This document shows, in pieces, positions 42,001-57,000 of a DNA stretch of 64,000 nt (position 1 is its first letter; every line of letters begins with the position of its first letter). A program made the translations under genes and the position numbers. Source of the DNA: Eledone cirrhosa (lineage: Eukaryota). The stretch lies in the NCBI GenBank assembly GCA_964016885.1, contig OZ024741.1, positions 15,996,001-16,060,000 on the forward strand. Direction: 5' to 3'. The notes beneath the pieces are model-generated. The model had not been told where the DNA came from. It made no database searches and saw only the letters and a program-made list of their open reading frames with translations.

Positions 42001-45000
42001 ACTGTTGGTGTCGTCAGGGATAAACTGTTGGTGTCGTCAGGGATAGACTGTTAGTGTCATCAGGGAGAGACTGTTGGTGTCGTCACGGATAGACTGTTGG
42101 AGTCGTCAGGGATAGACTGTTGGTGTCGTCAGGGATAGACTGTTGGTGTCGTCAGGGATAAACTGTTGGTGTCGTCAGGGATAGACTGTTAGTGTCGTCA
42201 AGGATAGACTGTTGGTGTCGTCAGGGATAGACTGTTGGTGTCGTCAGGGATAGACTGTTAGTGTCATCAGGGAGAGACTGTTGGTGTCGTCACGGATAGA
42301 CTGTTGGAGTCGTCAGGGATAGACTGTTGGTGTCGTCAGGGATAGACTGTTGGTGTCGTTAGGGATAGACTGTTGGTGTCGTCAGGGATAAACTGTTGGT
42401 GTCGTCAGGGATAGACTGTTGGTGTCGTCAAGGATAGACTGTTGGTGTCGTCAGGGATAGACTGTTGGTGTCGTCAGGGATAGCCTGTTGGTGTCGTCAG
42501 AGATAGACTGTTGGTGTCGTCAGGGATAGACTGTTGGTGTCGTCAGGGATAGACTGTTGGTGTCGTCAGGGATAGCCTGTTGGTGTCGTCAGGGATAGAC
42601 TGTTGGTGTCGTCAGGGATAGACTGTTGGTGTCGTCAGGGATAGACTGTTGGTGTCATCAGGGATAGACTGTTGGTGTCGTCAGGGATAGACTGTTGGTG
42701 TCGTCAGGGATAAACTGTTGGTGTCGTCAGGGATAGACTGTTAGTGTCATCAGGGAGAGACTGTTGGTGTCGTCAGGGAGAGACTGTTGGTGTCGTCAGG
42801 GATAGACTGTTGGTGTCGTCAGGGATAGACTGTTGGTGTCGTCAGGGATAGACAGTTGGTATCGTCAGGGAGAGACTGTTACTGTCGTCAGGGATAGACT
42901 GTTGGTGTCGTCAGGGATAGACTGTTGGTGTCGTCAGGGATAGATTGTTGGTGTCGTCAGAGATAGACTGTTACTGTCGTCAGGGATAGACTGTTGGTGT
43001 CGTCAGGGATAGACTGTTGGTGTCGTAAGGGATAGACTGTTGGTGTCGTCAGGGATAGATTGTTGGTGTCATCAGTGATAGACTGTTGCTGTCGTCAGGG
43101 ATAGACTGTTGGTGTCGTCAGGGATAGACTGTTGGTGTCGTCAGGGATAAACTGTTGGTGTCGTCAGGGATAGACTGTTGGTATCGTCAGGGATAGATTG
43201 TTGGTGTCGTCAGGGATAGACTGTTGGTGTCGTCACGGATAAACTGTTGGTGTCGTCAGGGATAGACTGTTGGTATCGTCAGGGATAGATTGTTGGTGTC
43301 GTCAGGGATAGACTGTTGGTGTCGTCAGGGATAGACTGTTGGTGTCGTCAGGGATAGACTGTTGGTGTCGTCAGGGATAGACTGTTGGTGTCGTCAGGGA
43401 TAGACTGTTGGTGTCGTCAGGGATAAACTGTTGGTGTCGTCAGGGATAGACTGTTGGTGTCGTCAGGGATAGACTGTTGGTGTCGTCAGGGATAAACTGT
43501 TGGTGTCGTCAGGGATAGACTGTTGGTGTCGTCAGGGATAGACTGTTGGTGTCGTCAGGGATAGACTGTTGGTGTCGTCAGGGATAAACTGTTGGTGTCG
43601 TCAGGGATAGACTGTTGGTATCGTCAGGGATAGACTGTTGGTGTCGTCAGGGATAGACTGTTGGTGTCGTCAGGGATAGACTGTTGGTGTCGTCAGGGAT
43701 AGACTGTTGGTGTCGTCAGGGATAGACTGTTGGTGTCGTCAGGGATAGCCTGTTGGTGTCGTCAAGGATAGACTGTTGGTGTCGTCAGGGATAGACTGTT
43801 GGTGTCGTCAGGGAAAGACTGTTGGTGTCGTCAGGGATAAACTGTTGGTGTCGTCAGGGATAGACTGTTGGTGTCGTCAGGGATAGACTGTTGGTGTCGT
43901 CAGGGATAAACTGTTGGTGTCGTCAGGGATAGACTGTTGTTGTCGTCAGGGATAGACTGTTGGTGTCGTCAGGGATAAACTGTTGGTGTCGTCAGGGATA
44001 GACTGTTGGTGTCGTCAGGGATAGACTGTTGGTGTCGTCAGGGATAGACTGTTGGTGTCGTCAGGGATAGACTGTTGGTGTCGTCAGGGATAAACTGTTG
44101 GTGTCGTCAGGGATAGACTGTTGGTGTCGTCAGGGATAGACTGTTGGTGTCGTCAGGGATAGACTGTTGGTGTCGTCAGGGATAAACTGTTGGTGTCGTC
44201 AGGGATAGACTGTTGGTGTCGTCAGGGATAGACTGTTGGTGTCGTCAGGGATAGACTGTTGGTGTCGTCAGGGATAGCCTGTTGGTGTCGTCAGGGATAG
44301 ACTGTTGCTGTCGTCAGGGATAGACTGTTGGTGTCGTCAGGGATAGACTGTTGGTGTCGTCAGGGATAAACTGTTGGTGTCGTCAGGGATAGACTGTTGG
44401 TGTCGTCAGGGATAGACTGTTGGTGTCGTCAGGGATAGACTGTTGGTGTCGTCAGGGATAGACTGTTGGTGTCGTCAGAGATAGACTGTTGGTGTCGTCA
44501 GGGATAAACTGTTGGTGTCGTCAGGGATAGACTGTTGGTATCGTCAGGGATAGACTGTTGGTGTCGTCAGGGATAGACTGTTAGTGTCGTAAGGGATAGA
44601 CTGTTGGTGTCGTAAAGGATAGACTGTTGCTGTCGTAAGGGATAGACTGTTGGTGTCGTCAGGGATAGACTGTTGGTGTCGTCAGGGAGAGACTGTTGGT
44701 GTCGTCAGGGATAGACTGTTGGTATCGTCAGGGATAGACTGTTGGTGTCGTCAGGGATAAACTGTTGGTGTCGTCAGGGATAGACTGTTGGTATCGTCAG
44801 GGATAGACTGTTGGTGTCGTCAGGGAGAGACTGTTGGTGTCGTCATGGATAGACTGTTGGTTTCGTCAGGGATAGACTGTTGGTGTCGTCAGGGATAGCC
44901 TGTTGGTGTCGTCAAGGATAGACTGTTGGTGTCGTCAGTGATAGACTGTTGGTGTCGTCAGGGATAGACTGTTGGTGTCGTCAGGGATAGACTGTTGGTG

Positions 45001-48000
45001 TCGTCAAGGATAAACTGTTGGTGTCGTCAGGGATAGACTGTTGGTGTCGTCAGGGACAGACTGTTGGTGTCGTCAGGGATAGACTGTTGGTGTCGTCAGG
45101 TATAGACTGTTGGTGTCGTCAGGGATAGACTGTTGGTGTCGTCAGGGATAAACTGTTGGTGTCGTCAGGGATAGACTGTTGGTGTCGTCAGGGATAGACT
45201 GTTGGTGTCGTCAGGTATAGACTGTTGGTGTCGTCAGGGATAGACTGTTGGTGTCGTCAGGGATAAACTGTTGGTGTCGTCAGGGATAGACTGTTGGTGT
45301 CGTCAGGGATAGACTGTTGGTGTCGTCAGGGATAGATTGTTGGTGTCGTCAGGGATAGACTGTTGGTGTCGTCAGGGATAGATTGTTGGTGTCGTCAGAG
45401 ATAGACTGTTACTGTCGTCAGGGATAGACTGTTGGTGTCGTCAGGGATAGACTGTTGGTGTCGTAAGGGATAGACTGTTGGTGTCGTCAAGGATAAACTG
45501 TTGGTGTCGTCAGGGATAGACTGTTGGTGTCGTCAGGGATAGACTGTTGGTTTCGTCACGGATAGACTGTTGGAGTCGTCAGGGATAGACTGTTGGTTTC
45601 GTCAAGGATAGACAGTTGGTGTCGTCAGGGATAGCCTGTTGGTGTCGTCAGGGATAGACTGTTGGTGTCATCAGGGATAGACTGTTGGTGTCGTCAGGGA
45701 TAGACTGTTGGTGTCGTCAGGGATAAACTGTTGGTGTCGTCAGGGATAGACTGTTAGTGTCATCAGGGAGAGACTGTTGGTGTCGTCAGGGATAGACTGT
45801 TGGTGTCGTCAGGGATAGACTGTTGGTGTCGTCAGGGATAGACTGTTGGTATCGTCAGGGATAGACTGTTGGTGTCGTCAGGGATAGACTGTTGGTGTCG
45901 TCAGGGATAGATTGTTGGTGTCGTCAGAGATAGACTGTTACTGTCGTCAGGGATAGACTGTTGGTGTCGTCAGGGATAGACTGTTGGTGTCGTAAGGGAT
46001 AGACTGTTGGTGTCGTAAGGGATAGACTGTTGGTGTCATCAGGGATAGACTGTTGCTGTCGTCAGGGATAGACTGTTGGTGTCGTCAGGGATAGACTGTT
46101 GGTGTCGTCAGGGATAAACTGTTGGTGTCGTCAGAGATAGACTGTTAGTGTCATCAGGGAGAGACTGTTACTGTCGTCAGGGATAGACTGTTGGTGTCGT
46201 CAGGGATAGACTGTTGGTGTCGTCAGGGATAGACTGTTGGTATCGTCAGGGATAGACTGTTGGTGTCGTCAGGGATAGACTGTTGGTGTCGTCAGGGATA
46301 GATTGTTGGTGTCGTCAGAGATAGACTGTTACTGTCGTCAGGGATAGACTGTTGGTGTCGTCAGGGATAGACTGTTGGTGTCGTAAGGGATAGACTGTTG
46401 GTGTCGTCAGGGATAGACTGTTGGTGTCGTAAGGGATAGACTGTTGGTGTCATCAGGGATAGATTGTTGGTGTCATCAGTGATAGACTGTTGCTGTCGTC
46501 AGGGATAGACTGTTGGTGTCGTCAGGGATAGACTGTTGGTGTCGTCAGGGATAGACTGTTGGTGTCGTCAGGGATAGACTGTTGGTGTCGTCAGGGATAG
46601 ACTGTTGGTGTTGTCAGGGATAGACTGTTGGTGTCGTCAGGGATAGACTGTTGGTGTCGTCAGGGATAAACTGTTGGTGTCGTCAGGGATAGATTGTTGG
46701 TGTCGTCAGGAATAGACTGTTGGTGTCGTCAGGGATAGACTGTTGGTGTCGTCAGGGATAGACTGTTGGTATCGTCAGGGATAGATTGTTGGTGTCGTCA
46801 GGGATAGACTGTTGGTGTCGTCAGGGATAGACTGTTGGTATCGTCAGGGATAGATTGTTGGTGTCGTCAGGGATAGACTGTTGCTGTTGTCAGGAATAGA
46901 CTGTTGGTGTCGTCAGGGATAGACTGTTGGTATCGTCAGGGATAGATTGTTTGTGTCGTCAGGGATAGACTGTTGGTGTCGTCAGCGATAGACTGTTGGT
47001 GTCGTCAGGGATAGACTGTTGGTATCGTCAGGGATAGACTGTTGGTGTCGTCAGGGATAGACTGTTGGTGTCGTCAGGGATAGACTGTTGGTGTCGTCAG
47101 GGATAGACTGTTGGTGTCGTCAGGGATAGACTGTTGGTGTCGTCAGGGATAGACTGTTGGTGTCGTCAGGGATAGACTGTTGGTGTCGTCAGGGATAGAC
47201 TGTTGGTGTCGTCAGGTATAGACTGTTGGTGTCGTCAGGGATAGACTGTTGGTGTCGTCAGGGATAGACTGTTGGTGTCGTCAGGTATAGACTGTTGGTG
47301 TCGTCAGGGATAGACTGTTGGTGTCGTCAGGGATAAACTGTTGGTGTCGTCAGGGATAGACTGTTGGTGTCGTCAGGGATAGACTGTTGGTGTCGTCAGG
47401 GATAGATTGTTGGTGTCGTCAGGGATAGACTGTTGGTGTCGTCAGGGATAGATTTTTGGTGTCGTCAGAGATAGACTGTTACTGTCGTCAGGGATAGACT
47501 GTTGGTGTCGTCAGGGATAGACTGTTGGTGTCGTAAGGGATAGACTGTTGGTGTCGTCAAGGATAAACTGTTGGTGTCGTCAGGGATAGACTGTTGGTGT
47601 CGTCAGGGATAGACTGTTGGTTTCGTCACGGATAGACTGTTGGAGTCGTCAGGGATAGACTGTTGGTTTCGTCAAGGATAGACAGTTGGTGTCGTCAGGG
47701 ATAGCCTGTTGGTGTCGTCAGGGATAGACTGTTGGTGTCATCAGGGATAGACTGTTGGTGTCGTCAGGGATAGACTGTTGGTGTCGTCAGGGATAAACTG
47801 TTGGTGTCGTCAGGGATAGACTGTTAGTGTCATCAGGGAGAGACTGTTGGTGTCGTCAGGGATAGACTGTTGGTGTCGTCAGGGATAGACTGTTGGTGTC
47901 GTCAGGGATAGACTGTTGGTATCGTCAGGGATAGACTGTTGGTGTCGTCAGGGATAGACTGTTGGTGTCGTCAGGGATAGATTGTTGGTGTCGTCAGAGA

Positions 48001-51000
48001 TAGACTGTTACTGTCGTCAGGGATAGACTGTTGGTGTCGTCAGGGATAGACTGTTGGTGTCGTAAGGGATAGACTGTTGGTGTCGTCAGGGATAGACTGT
48101 TGGTGTCGTCAATGATAGACTGTTGCTGTCGTCAGGGATAGACTGTTGGTGTCGTCAGGGATAGACTGTTGGTGTCGTCAGGGATAGACTGTTGCTGTCG
48201 TCAGGGATAGACTGTTGGTGTCGTCAGGGATAGACTGTTGGTGTCGTCAGGGATAGACTGCTGGTGTCGTCAGGGATAGACTGTTGGTGTCGTCAGGGAT
48301 AGACTGTTGGTGTCGTCAGGGATAGACTGTTGGTGTCGTCAATGATAGACTGTTGCTGTCGTCAGGGATAGACTGTTGGTGTCGTCAGGGATAGACTGTT
48401 GGTGTCGTCAGGGATAGACTGTTGCTGTCGTCAGGGATAGACTGTTGGTGTCGTCAGGGATAGACTGTTGGTGTCGTCAGGGATAGACTGTTGGTGTCGT
48501 CAGGGATAGACTGTTGGTGTCGTCAGGGATAGACTGTTGGTGTCGTCAGGGATAGACTGTTGGTGTCGTCAGGGATAGACTGTTGGTGTCGTCAGGGATA
48601 GACTGTTGGTGTCGTCAGGGATAGACTGTTGGTGTCGTCAGGGATAGACTGTTGGTGTCGTCAAGGATAGACTGTTGGTATCGTCAGGGATAGACTGTTG
48701 GTGTCGTCAGGGAGAGACTGTTGGTGTCGTCAGGGATAGACTGTTGGTATCGTCAGGGATAGACTGTTGGTGTCGTCAGGGATAGCCTGTTGGTGTCGTC
48801 AAGGATAGACTGTTGGTGTCGTCAGGGATAGACTGTTGGTGTCGTCAGGGATAGACTGTTGGTGTCGTCAATGATAGACTGTTGCTGTCGTCAGGGATAG
48901 ACTGTTGGTGTCGTCAGGGATAGACTGTTGGTGTCGTCAGGGATAGACTGTTGCTGTCGTCAGGGATAGACTGTTGGCGTCGTCAGGGATAGACTGTTGG
49001 TGTCGTCAAGGATAGACTGTTGGTGTCGTCAGGGATAGACTGTTGGTGTCGTCAGGGATAGACTGTTGGTGTCGTCAATGATAGACTGTTGCTGTCGTCA
49101 GGGATAGACTGTTGGTGTCGTCAGGGATAGACTGTTGGTGTCGTCAGGGATAGACTGTTGCTGTCGTCAGGGATAGACTGTTGGTGTCGTCAGGGATAGA
49201 CTGTTGGTGTCGTCAGGGATAGACTGTTGGTGTCGTCAGGGATAGACTGTTGGTGTCGTCACGGATAAACTGTTGGTGTCGTCAGGGATAGACTGTTGGT
49301 GTCGTCAGGGATAGACTGTTGGTGTCGTCAGGGATAGACTGTTGGTGTCGTCAAGGATAGACTGTTGGTATCGTCAGGGATAGACTGTTGGTGTCGTCAG
49401 GGAGAGACTGTTGGTGTCGTCAGGGATAGACTGTTGGTATCGTCAGGGATAGACTGTTGGTGTCGTCAGGGATAGCCTGTTGGTGTCGTCAAGGATAGAC
49501 TGTTGGTGTCGTCAGGGATAGACTGTTGGTGTCGTCAGGGATAGACTGTTGGTGTCGTCAGGGATAGACTGTTGGTGTCGTCAAGGATAAACTGTTGGTG
49601 TCGTTAGGGATAGACTGTTGGTGTCGTCAGGGATAGACTGTTGGTGTCGTCAGGGATAGACTGTTGGTGTTGTCAGGGATAGACTGTTGGTGTCGTCAGG
49701 GATAGACTGTTGGTGTCGTCAGGGATAGATTGTTGGTGTCGTCAGAGATACACTGTTACTGTCGTCAGGGATAGACTGTTGGTGTCGTCAGTGATAGACT
49801 GTTGGTGTCGTCTGGGATAGACTGTTGGTGTCGTCAAGGATAAACTGTTGGTGTCGTCAGGGATAGACTGTTGGTGTCGTCAGGGATAGACTGTTGGTGT
49901 CGTCACGGATAGACTGTTGGAGTCGTCAGGGATAGACTGTTGGTGTCGTCAAGGATAGACTGTTGGTGTCGTCAAGGATAGCCTGTTGGTGTCGTCAGAG
50001 ATAGACTGTTGGTGTCGTCAGGGATAGACTGTTGGTGTCGTCAAGGATAGACTGTTGGTGTCGTCAGGGATAGACTGTTGGTGTCGTCAGGGATAGACTG
50101 TTGGTGTCGTCAGGGATAGACTGTTGGTGTCGTCAAGGATAAACTGTTGGTGTCGTTAGGGATAGACTGTTGGTGTCGTCAGGGATAGACTGTTGGTGTC
50201 GTCAGGGATAGATTGTTGGTGTCGTCAGGGATAGACTGTTGGTGTCGTCAGGGATAGATTGTTGGTGTCGTCAGAGATAGACTGTTACTGTCGTCAGGGA
50301 TAGACTGTTGGTGTCGTCAGGGATAGACTGTTGGTGTCGTAAGGGATAGACTGTTGGTGTCGTCAAGGATAAACTGTTGGTGTCGTCAGGGATAGACTGT
50401 TGGTGTCGTCAGGGATAGACTGTTGGTTTCGTCACGGATAGACTGTTGGAGTCGTCAGGGATAGACTGTTGGTGTCGTCAGGGATAGACTGTTGTTGTCA
50501 TCAGGGATAGACTGTTGGTGTCGTCAAGGATAGACAGTTGGTGTCGTCAGGGATAGCCTGTTGGTGTCGTCAGGGATAGACTGTTGTTGTCATCAGGGAT
50601 AGACTGTTGGTGTCTTCAGGGATAGACTGTTGGTGTCGTCAGGGATAAACTGTTGGTGTCGTCAGGGATAGACTGTTAGTGTCATCAGGGAGAGACTGTT
50701 GGTGTCGTCAGGGATAGACTGTTGGTGTCGTCAGGGATAGACTGTTGGTGTCGTCAGGGATAGACTGTTGGTATCGTCAGGGATAGACTGTTGGTGTCGT
50801 CAGGGATAGACTGTTGGTGTCGTCAGGGATAGATTGTTGGTGTCGTCAGAGATAGACTGTTACTGTCGTCAGGGATAGACTGTTGGTGTCGTCAGGGATA
50901 GACTGTTGGTGTCGTAAGGGATAGACTGTTGGTGTCGTCAGGGATAGACTGTTGGTGTCGTCAATGATAGACTGTTGCTGTCGTCAGGGATAGACTGTTG

Positions 51001-54000
51001 GTGTCGTCAGGGATAGACTGTTGGTGTCGTCAGGGATAGACTGTTGCTGTCGTCAGGGATAGACTGTTGGTGTCGTCAGGGATAGACTGTTGGTATCGTC
51101 AGGGATAGACTGTTGGTGTCGTCAGGGATAGACTGTTGGTGTCGTCAGGGATAGATTGTTGGTGTCGTCAGAGATAGACTGTTACTGTCGTCAGGGATAG
51201 ACTGTTGGTGTCGTCAGGGATAGACTGTTGGTGTCGTAAGGGATAGACTGTTGGTGTCGTAAGGGATAGACTGTTGGTGTCATCAGGGATAGACTGTTGC
51301 TGTCGTCAGGGATAGACTGTTGGTGTCGTCAGGGATAAACTGTTGGTGTCGTCAGAGATAGACTGTTAGTGTCATCAGGGAGAGACTGTTACTGTCGTCA
51401 GGGATAGACTGTTGGTGTCGTCAGGGATAGACTGTTGGTGTCGTCAGGGATAGACTGTTGGTATCGTCAGGGATAGACTGTTGGTGTCGTCAGGGATAGA
51501 CTGTTGGTGTCGTCAGGGATAGATTGTTGGTGTCGTCAGAGATAGACTGTTACTGTCGTCAGGGATAGACTGTTGGTGTCGTCAGGGATAGACTGTTGGT
51601 GTCGTAAGGGATAGACTGTTGGTGTCGTCAGGGATAGACTGTTGGTGTCGTAAGGGATAGACTGTTGGTGTCATCAGGGATAGATTGTTGGTGTCATCAG
51701 TGATAGACTGTTGCTGTCGTCAGGGATAGACTGTTGGTGTCGTCAGGGATAGACTGTTGGTGTCGTCAGGGATAGACTGTTGGTGTCGTCAGGGATAGAC
51801 TGTTGGTGTCGTCAGGGATAGACTGTTGGTGTTGTCAGGGATAGACTGTTGGTGTCGTCAGGGATAGACTGTTGGTGTCGTCAGGGATAAACTGTTGGTG
51901 TCGTCAGGGATAGATTGTTGGTGTCGTCAGGAATAGACTGTTGGTGTCGTCAGGGATAGACTGTTGGTGTCGTCAGGGATAGACTGTTGGTATCGTCAGG
52001 GATAGATTGTTGGTGTCGTCAGGGATAGACTGTTGGTGTCGTCAGGGATAGACTGTTGGTATCGTCAGGGATAGATTGTTGGTGTCGTCAGGGATAGACT
52101 GTTGCTGTTGTCAGGAATAGACTGTTGGTGTCGTCAGGGATAGACTGTTGGTATCGTCAGGGATAGATTGTTTGTGTCGTCAGGGATAGACTGTTGGTGT
52201 CGTCAGCGATAGACTGTTGGTGTCGTCAGGGATAGACTGTTGGTATCGTCAGGGATAGACTGTTGGTGTCGTCAGGGATAGACTGTTGGTGTCGTCAGGG
52301 ATAGACTGTTGGTGTCGTCAGGGATAGACTGTTGGTGTCGTCAGGGATAGACTGTTGGTGTCGTCAGGGATAGACTGTTGGTGTCGTCAGGGATAGACTG
52401 TTGGTGTCGTCAGGGATAGACTGTTGGTGTCGTCAGGTATAGACTGTTGGTGTCGTCAGGGATAGACTGTTGGTGTCGTCAGGGATAGACTGTTGGTGTC
52501 GTCAGGTATAGACTGTTGGTGTCGTCAGGGATAAACTGTTGGTGTCGTCAGGGATAAACTGTTGGTGTCGTCAGGGATAGACTGTTGGTGTCGTCAGGGA
52601 TAGACTGTTGGTGTCGTCAGGGATAGATTGTTGGTGTCGTCAGGGATAGACTGTTGGTGTCGTCAGGGATAGATTGTTGGTGTCGTCAGAGATAGACTGT
52701 TACTGTCGTCAGGGATAGACTGTTGGTGTCATCAGGGATAGACTGTTGGTGTCGTAAGGGATAGACTGTTGGTGTCGTCAAGGATAAACTGTTGGTGTCG
52801 TCAGGGATAGACTGTTGGTGTCGTCAGGGATAGACTGTTGGTTTCGTCACGGATAGACTGTTGGAGTCGTCAGGGATAGACTGTTGGTTTCGTCAAGGAT
52901 AGACAGTTGGTGTCGTCAGGGATAGCCTGTTGGTGTCGTCAGGGATAGACTGTTGGTGTCATCAGGGATAGACTGTTGGTGTCGTCAGGGATAGACTGTT
53001 GGTGTCGTCAGGGATAAACTGTTGGTGTCGTCAGGGATAGACTGTTAGTGTCATCAGGGAGAGACTGTTGGTGTCGTCAGGGATAGACTGTTGGTGTCGT
53101 CAGGGATAGACTGTTGGTGTCGTCAGGGATAGACTGTTGGTATCGTCAGGGATAGACTGTTGGTGTCGTCAGGGATAGACTGTTGGTGTCGTCAGGGATA
53201 GATTGTTGGTGTCGTCAGAGATAGACTGTTACTGTCGTCAGGGATAGACTGTTGGTGTCGTCAGGGATAGACTGTTGGTGTCGTAAGGGATAGACTGTTG
53301 GTGTCGTCAGGGATAGACTGTTGGTGTCGTCAATGATAGACTGTTGCTGTCGTCAGGGATAGACTGTTGGTGTCGTCAGGGATAGACTGTTGGTGTCGTC
53401 AGGGATAGACTGTTGCTGTCGTCAGGGATAGACTGTTGGTGTCGTCAGGGATAGACTGTTGGTGTCGTCAGGGATAGACTGTTGGTGTCGTCAGGGATAG
53501 ACTGTTGGTGTCGTCAGGGATAGACTGTTGGTGTCGTCAGGGATAGACTGTTGGTGTCGTCAAGGATAGACTGTTGCTGTCGTCAGGGATAGAATGTTGG
53601 TGTCGTCAGGGATAGACTGTTGGTGTCGTCAATGATAGACTGTTGCTGTCGTCAGGGATAGACTGTTGGTGTCGTCAGGGATAGACTGTTGGTGTCGTCA
53701 GGGATAGACTGTTGCTGTCGTCAGGGATAGACTGTTGGTGTCGTCAGGGATAGACTGTTGGTGTCGTCAGGGATAGACTGTTGGTGTCGTCAGGGATAGA
53801 CTGTTGGTGTCGTCAGGGATAGACTGTTGGTGTCGTCAGGGATAGACTGTTGGTGTCGTCAGGGATAGACTGTTGGTGTCGTCAGGGATAGACTGTTGGT
53901 GTCGTCAGGGATAGACTGTTGGTGTCGTCAGGGATAGACTGTTGGTGTCGTCAGGGATAGACTGTTGGTGTCGTCAGGGATAGACTGTTGCTGTCGTCAG

Positions 54001-57000
54001 GGATAGACTGTTGGTGTCGTCAGGGATAGACTGTTGGTGTCGTCAGGGATAGACTGTTGGTGTCGTCAGGGATAGACTGTTGCTGTCGTCAGGGATAGAC
54101 TGTTGGTGTCGTCAGGGATAGACTGTTGGTGTCGTCAGGGATAGACTGTTGGTGTCGTCACGGATAAACTGTTGGTGTCGTCAGGGATAGACTGTTGGTG
54201 TCGTCAGGGATAGACTGTTGGTGTCGTCAGGGATAGACTGTTGGTGTCGTCAAGGATAGACTGTTGGTATCGTCAGGGATAGACTGTTGGTGTCGTCAGG
54301 GAGAGACTGTTGGTGTCGTCAGGGATAGACTGTTGGTATCGTCAGGGATAGACTGTTGGTGTCGTCAGGGATAGCCTGTTGGTGTCGTCAAGGATAGACT
54401 GTTGGTGTCGTCAGGGATAGACTGTTGGTGTCGTCAGGGATAGACTGTTGGTGTCGTCAATGATAGACTGTTGCTGTCGTCAGGGATAGACTGTTGGTGT
54501 CGTCAGGGATAGACTGTTGGTGTCGTCAGGGATAGACTGTTGCTGTCGTCAGGGATAGACTGTTGGCGTCGTCAGGGATAGACTGTTGGTGTCGTCAGGG
54601 ATAGACTGTTGGTGTCGTCAGGGATAGACTGTTGGTGTCGTCAGGGATAGACTGTTGGTGTCGTCAATGATAGACTGTTGCTGTCGTCAGGGATAGACTG
54701 TTGGTGTCGTCAGGGATAGACTGTTGGTGTCGTCAGGGATAGACTGTTGCTGTCGTCAGGGATAGACTGTTGGTGTCGTCAGGGATAGACTGTTGGTGTC
54801 GTCAGGGATAGACTGTTGGTGTCGTCAGGGATAGACTGTTGGTGTCGTCACGGATAAACTGTTGGTGTCGTCAGGGATAGACTGTTGGTGTCGTCAGGGA
54901 TAGACTGTTGGTGTCGTCAGGGATAGACTGTTGGTGTCGTCAAGGATAGACTGTTGGTATCGTCAGGGATAGACTGTTGGTGTCGTCAGGGAGAGACTGT
55001 TGGTGTCGTCAGGGATAGACTGTTGGTATCGTCAGGGATAGACTGTTGGTGTCGTCAGGGATAGCCTGTTGGTGTCGTCAAGGATAGACTGTTGGTGTCG
55101 TCAGGGATAGACTGTTGGTGTCGTCAGGGATAGACTGTTGGTGTCGTCAGGGATAGACTGTTGGTGTCGTCAAGGATAAACTGTTGGTGTCGTTAGGGAT
55201 AGACTGTTGGTGTCGTCAGGGATAGACTGTTGGTGTCGTCAGGGATAGACTGTTGGTGTTGTCAGGGATAGACTGTTGGTGTCGTCAGGGATAGACTGTT
55301 GGTGTCGTCAGGGATAGATTGTTGGTGTCGTCAGAGATACACTGTTACTGTCGTCAGGGATAGACTGTTGGTGTCGTCAGTGATAGACTGTTGGTGTCGT
55401 CTGGGATAGACTGTTGGTGTCGTCAAGGATAAACTGTTGGTGTCGTCAGGGATAGACTGTTGGTGTCGTCAGGGATAGACTGTTGGTGTCGTCACGGATA
55501 GACTGTTGGAGTCGTCAGGGATAGACTGTTGGTGTCGTCAAGGATAGACTGTTGGTGTCGTCAAGGATAGCCTGTTGGTGTCGTCAGAGATAGACTGTTG
55601 GTGTCGTCAGGGATAGACTGTTGGTGTCGTCAGGGATAGACTGTTGGTGTCGTCAGGGATAAACTGTTGGTGTCGTCAGGGATAGACTGTTAGTGTCATC
55701 AGGGAGAGACTGTTGGTGTCGTCACGGATAGACTGTTGGAGTCGTCAGGGATAGACTGTTGGTGTCGTCAGGGATAGACTGTTGGTGTCGTCAGGGATAA
55801 ACTGTTGGTGTCGTCAGGGATAGACTGTTAGTGTCGTCAAGGATAGACTGTTGGTGTCGTCAGGGATAGACTGTTGGTGTCGTCAGGGATAGACTGTTAG
55901 TGTCATCAGGGAGAGACTGTTGGTGTCGTCACGGATAGACTGTTGGAGTCGTCAGGGATAGACTGTTGGTGTCGTCAGGGATAGACTGTTGGTGTCGTTA
56001 GGGATAGACTGTTGGTGTCGTCAGGGATAAACTGTTGGTGTCGTCAGGGATAGACTGTTGGTGTCGTCAAGGATAGACTGTTGGTGTCGTCAGGGATAGA
56101 CTGTTGGTGTCGTCAGGGATAGCCTGTTGGTGTCGTCAGAGATAGACTGTTGGTGTCGTCAGGGATAGACTGTTGGTGTCGTCAGGGATAGACTGTTGGT
56201 GTCGTCAGGGATAGCCTGTTGGTGTCGTCAGGGATAGACTGTTGGTGTCGTCAGGGATAGACTGTTGGTGTCGTCAGGGATAGACTGTTGGTGTCATCAG
56301 GGATAGACTGTTGGTGTCGTCAGGGATAGACTGTTGGTGTCGTCAGGGATAAACTGTTGGTGTCGTCAGGGATAGACTGTTAGTGTCATCAGGGAGAGAC
56401 TGTTGGTGTCGTCAGGGAGAGACTGTTGGTGTCGTCAGGGATAGACTGTTGGTGTCGTCAGGGATAGACTGTTGGTGTCGTCAGGGATAGACAGTTGGTA
56501 TCGTCAGGGAGAGACTGTTACTGTCGTCAGGGATAGACTGTTGGTGTCGTCAGGGATAGACTGTTGGTGTCGTCAGGGATAGATTGTTGGTGTCGTCAGA
56601 GATAGACTGTTACTGTCGTCAGGGATAGACTGTTGGTGTCGTCAGGGATAGACTGTTGGTGTCGTAAGGGATAGACTGTTGGTGTCGTCAGGGATAGATT
56701 GTTGGTGTCATCAGTGATAGACTGTTGCTGTCGTCAGGGATAGACTGTTGGTGTCGTCAGGGATAGACTGTTGGTGTCGTCAGGGATAAACTGTTGGTGT
56801 CGTCAGGGATAGACTGTTGGTATCGTCAGGGATAGATTGTTGGTGTCGTCAGGGATAGACTGTTGGTGTCGTCACGGATAAACTGTTGGTGTCGTCAGGG
56901 ATAGACTGTTGGTATCGTCAGGGATATATTGTTGGTGTCGTCAGGGATAGACTGTTGGTGTCGTCAGGGATAGACTGTTGGTGTCGTCAGGGATAGACTG

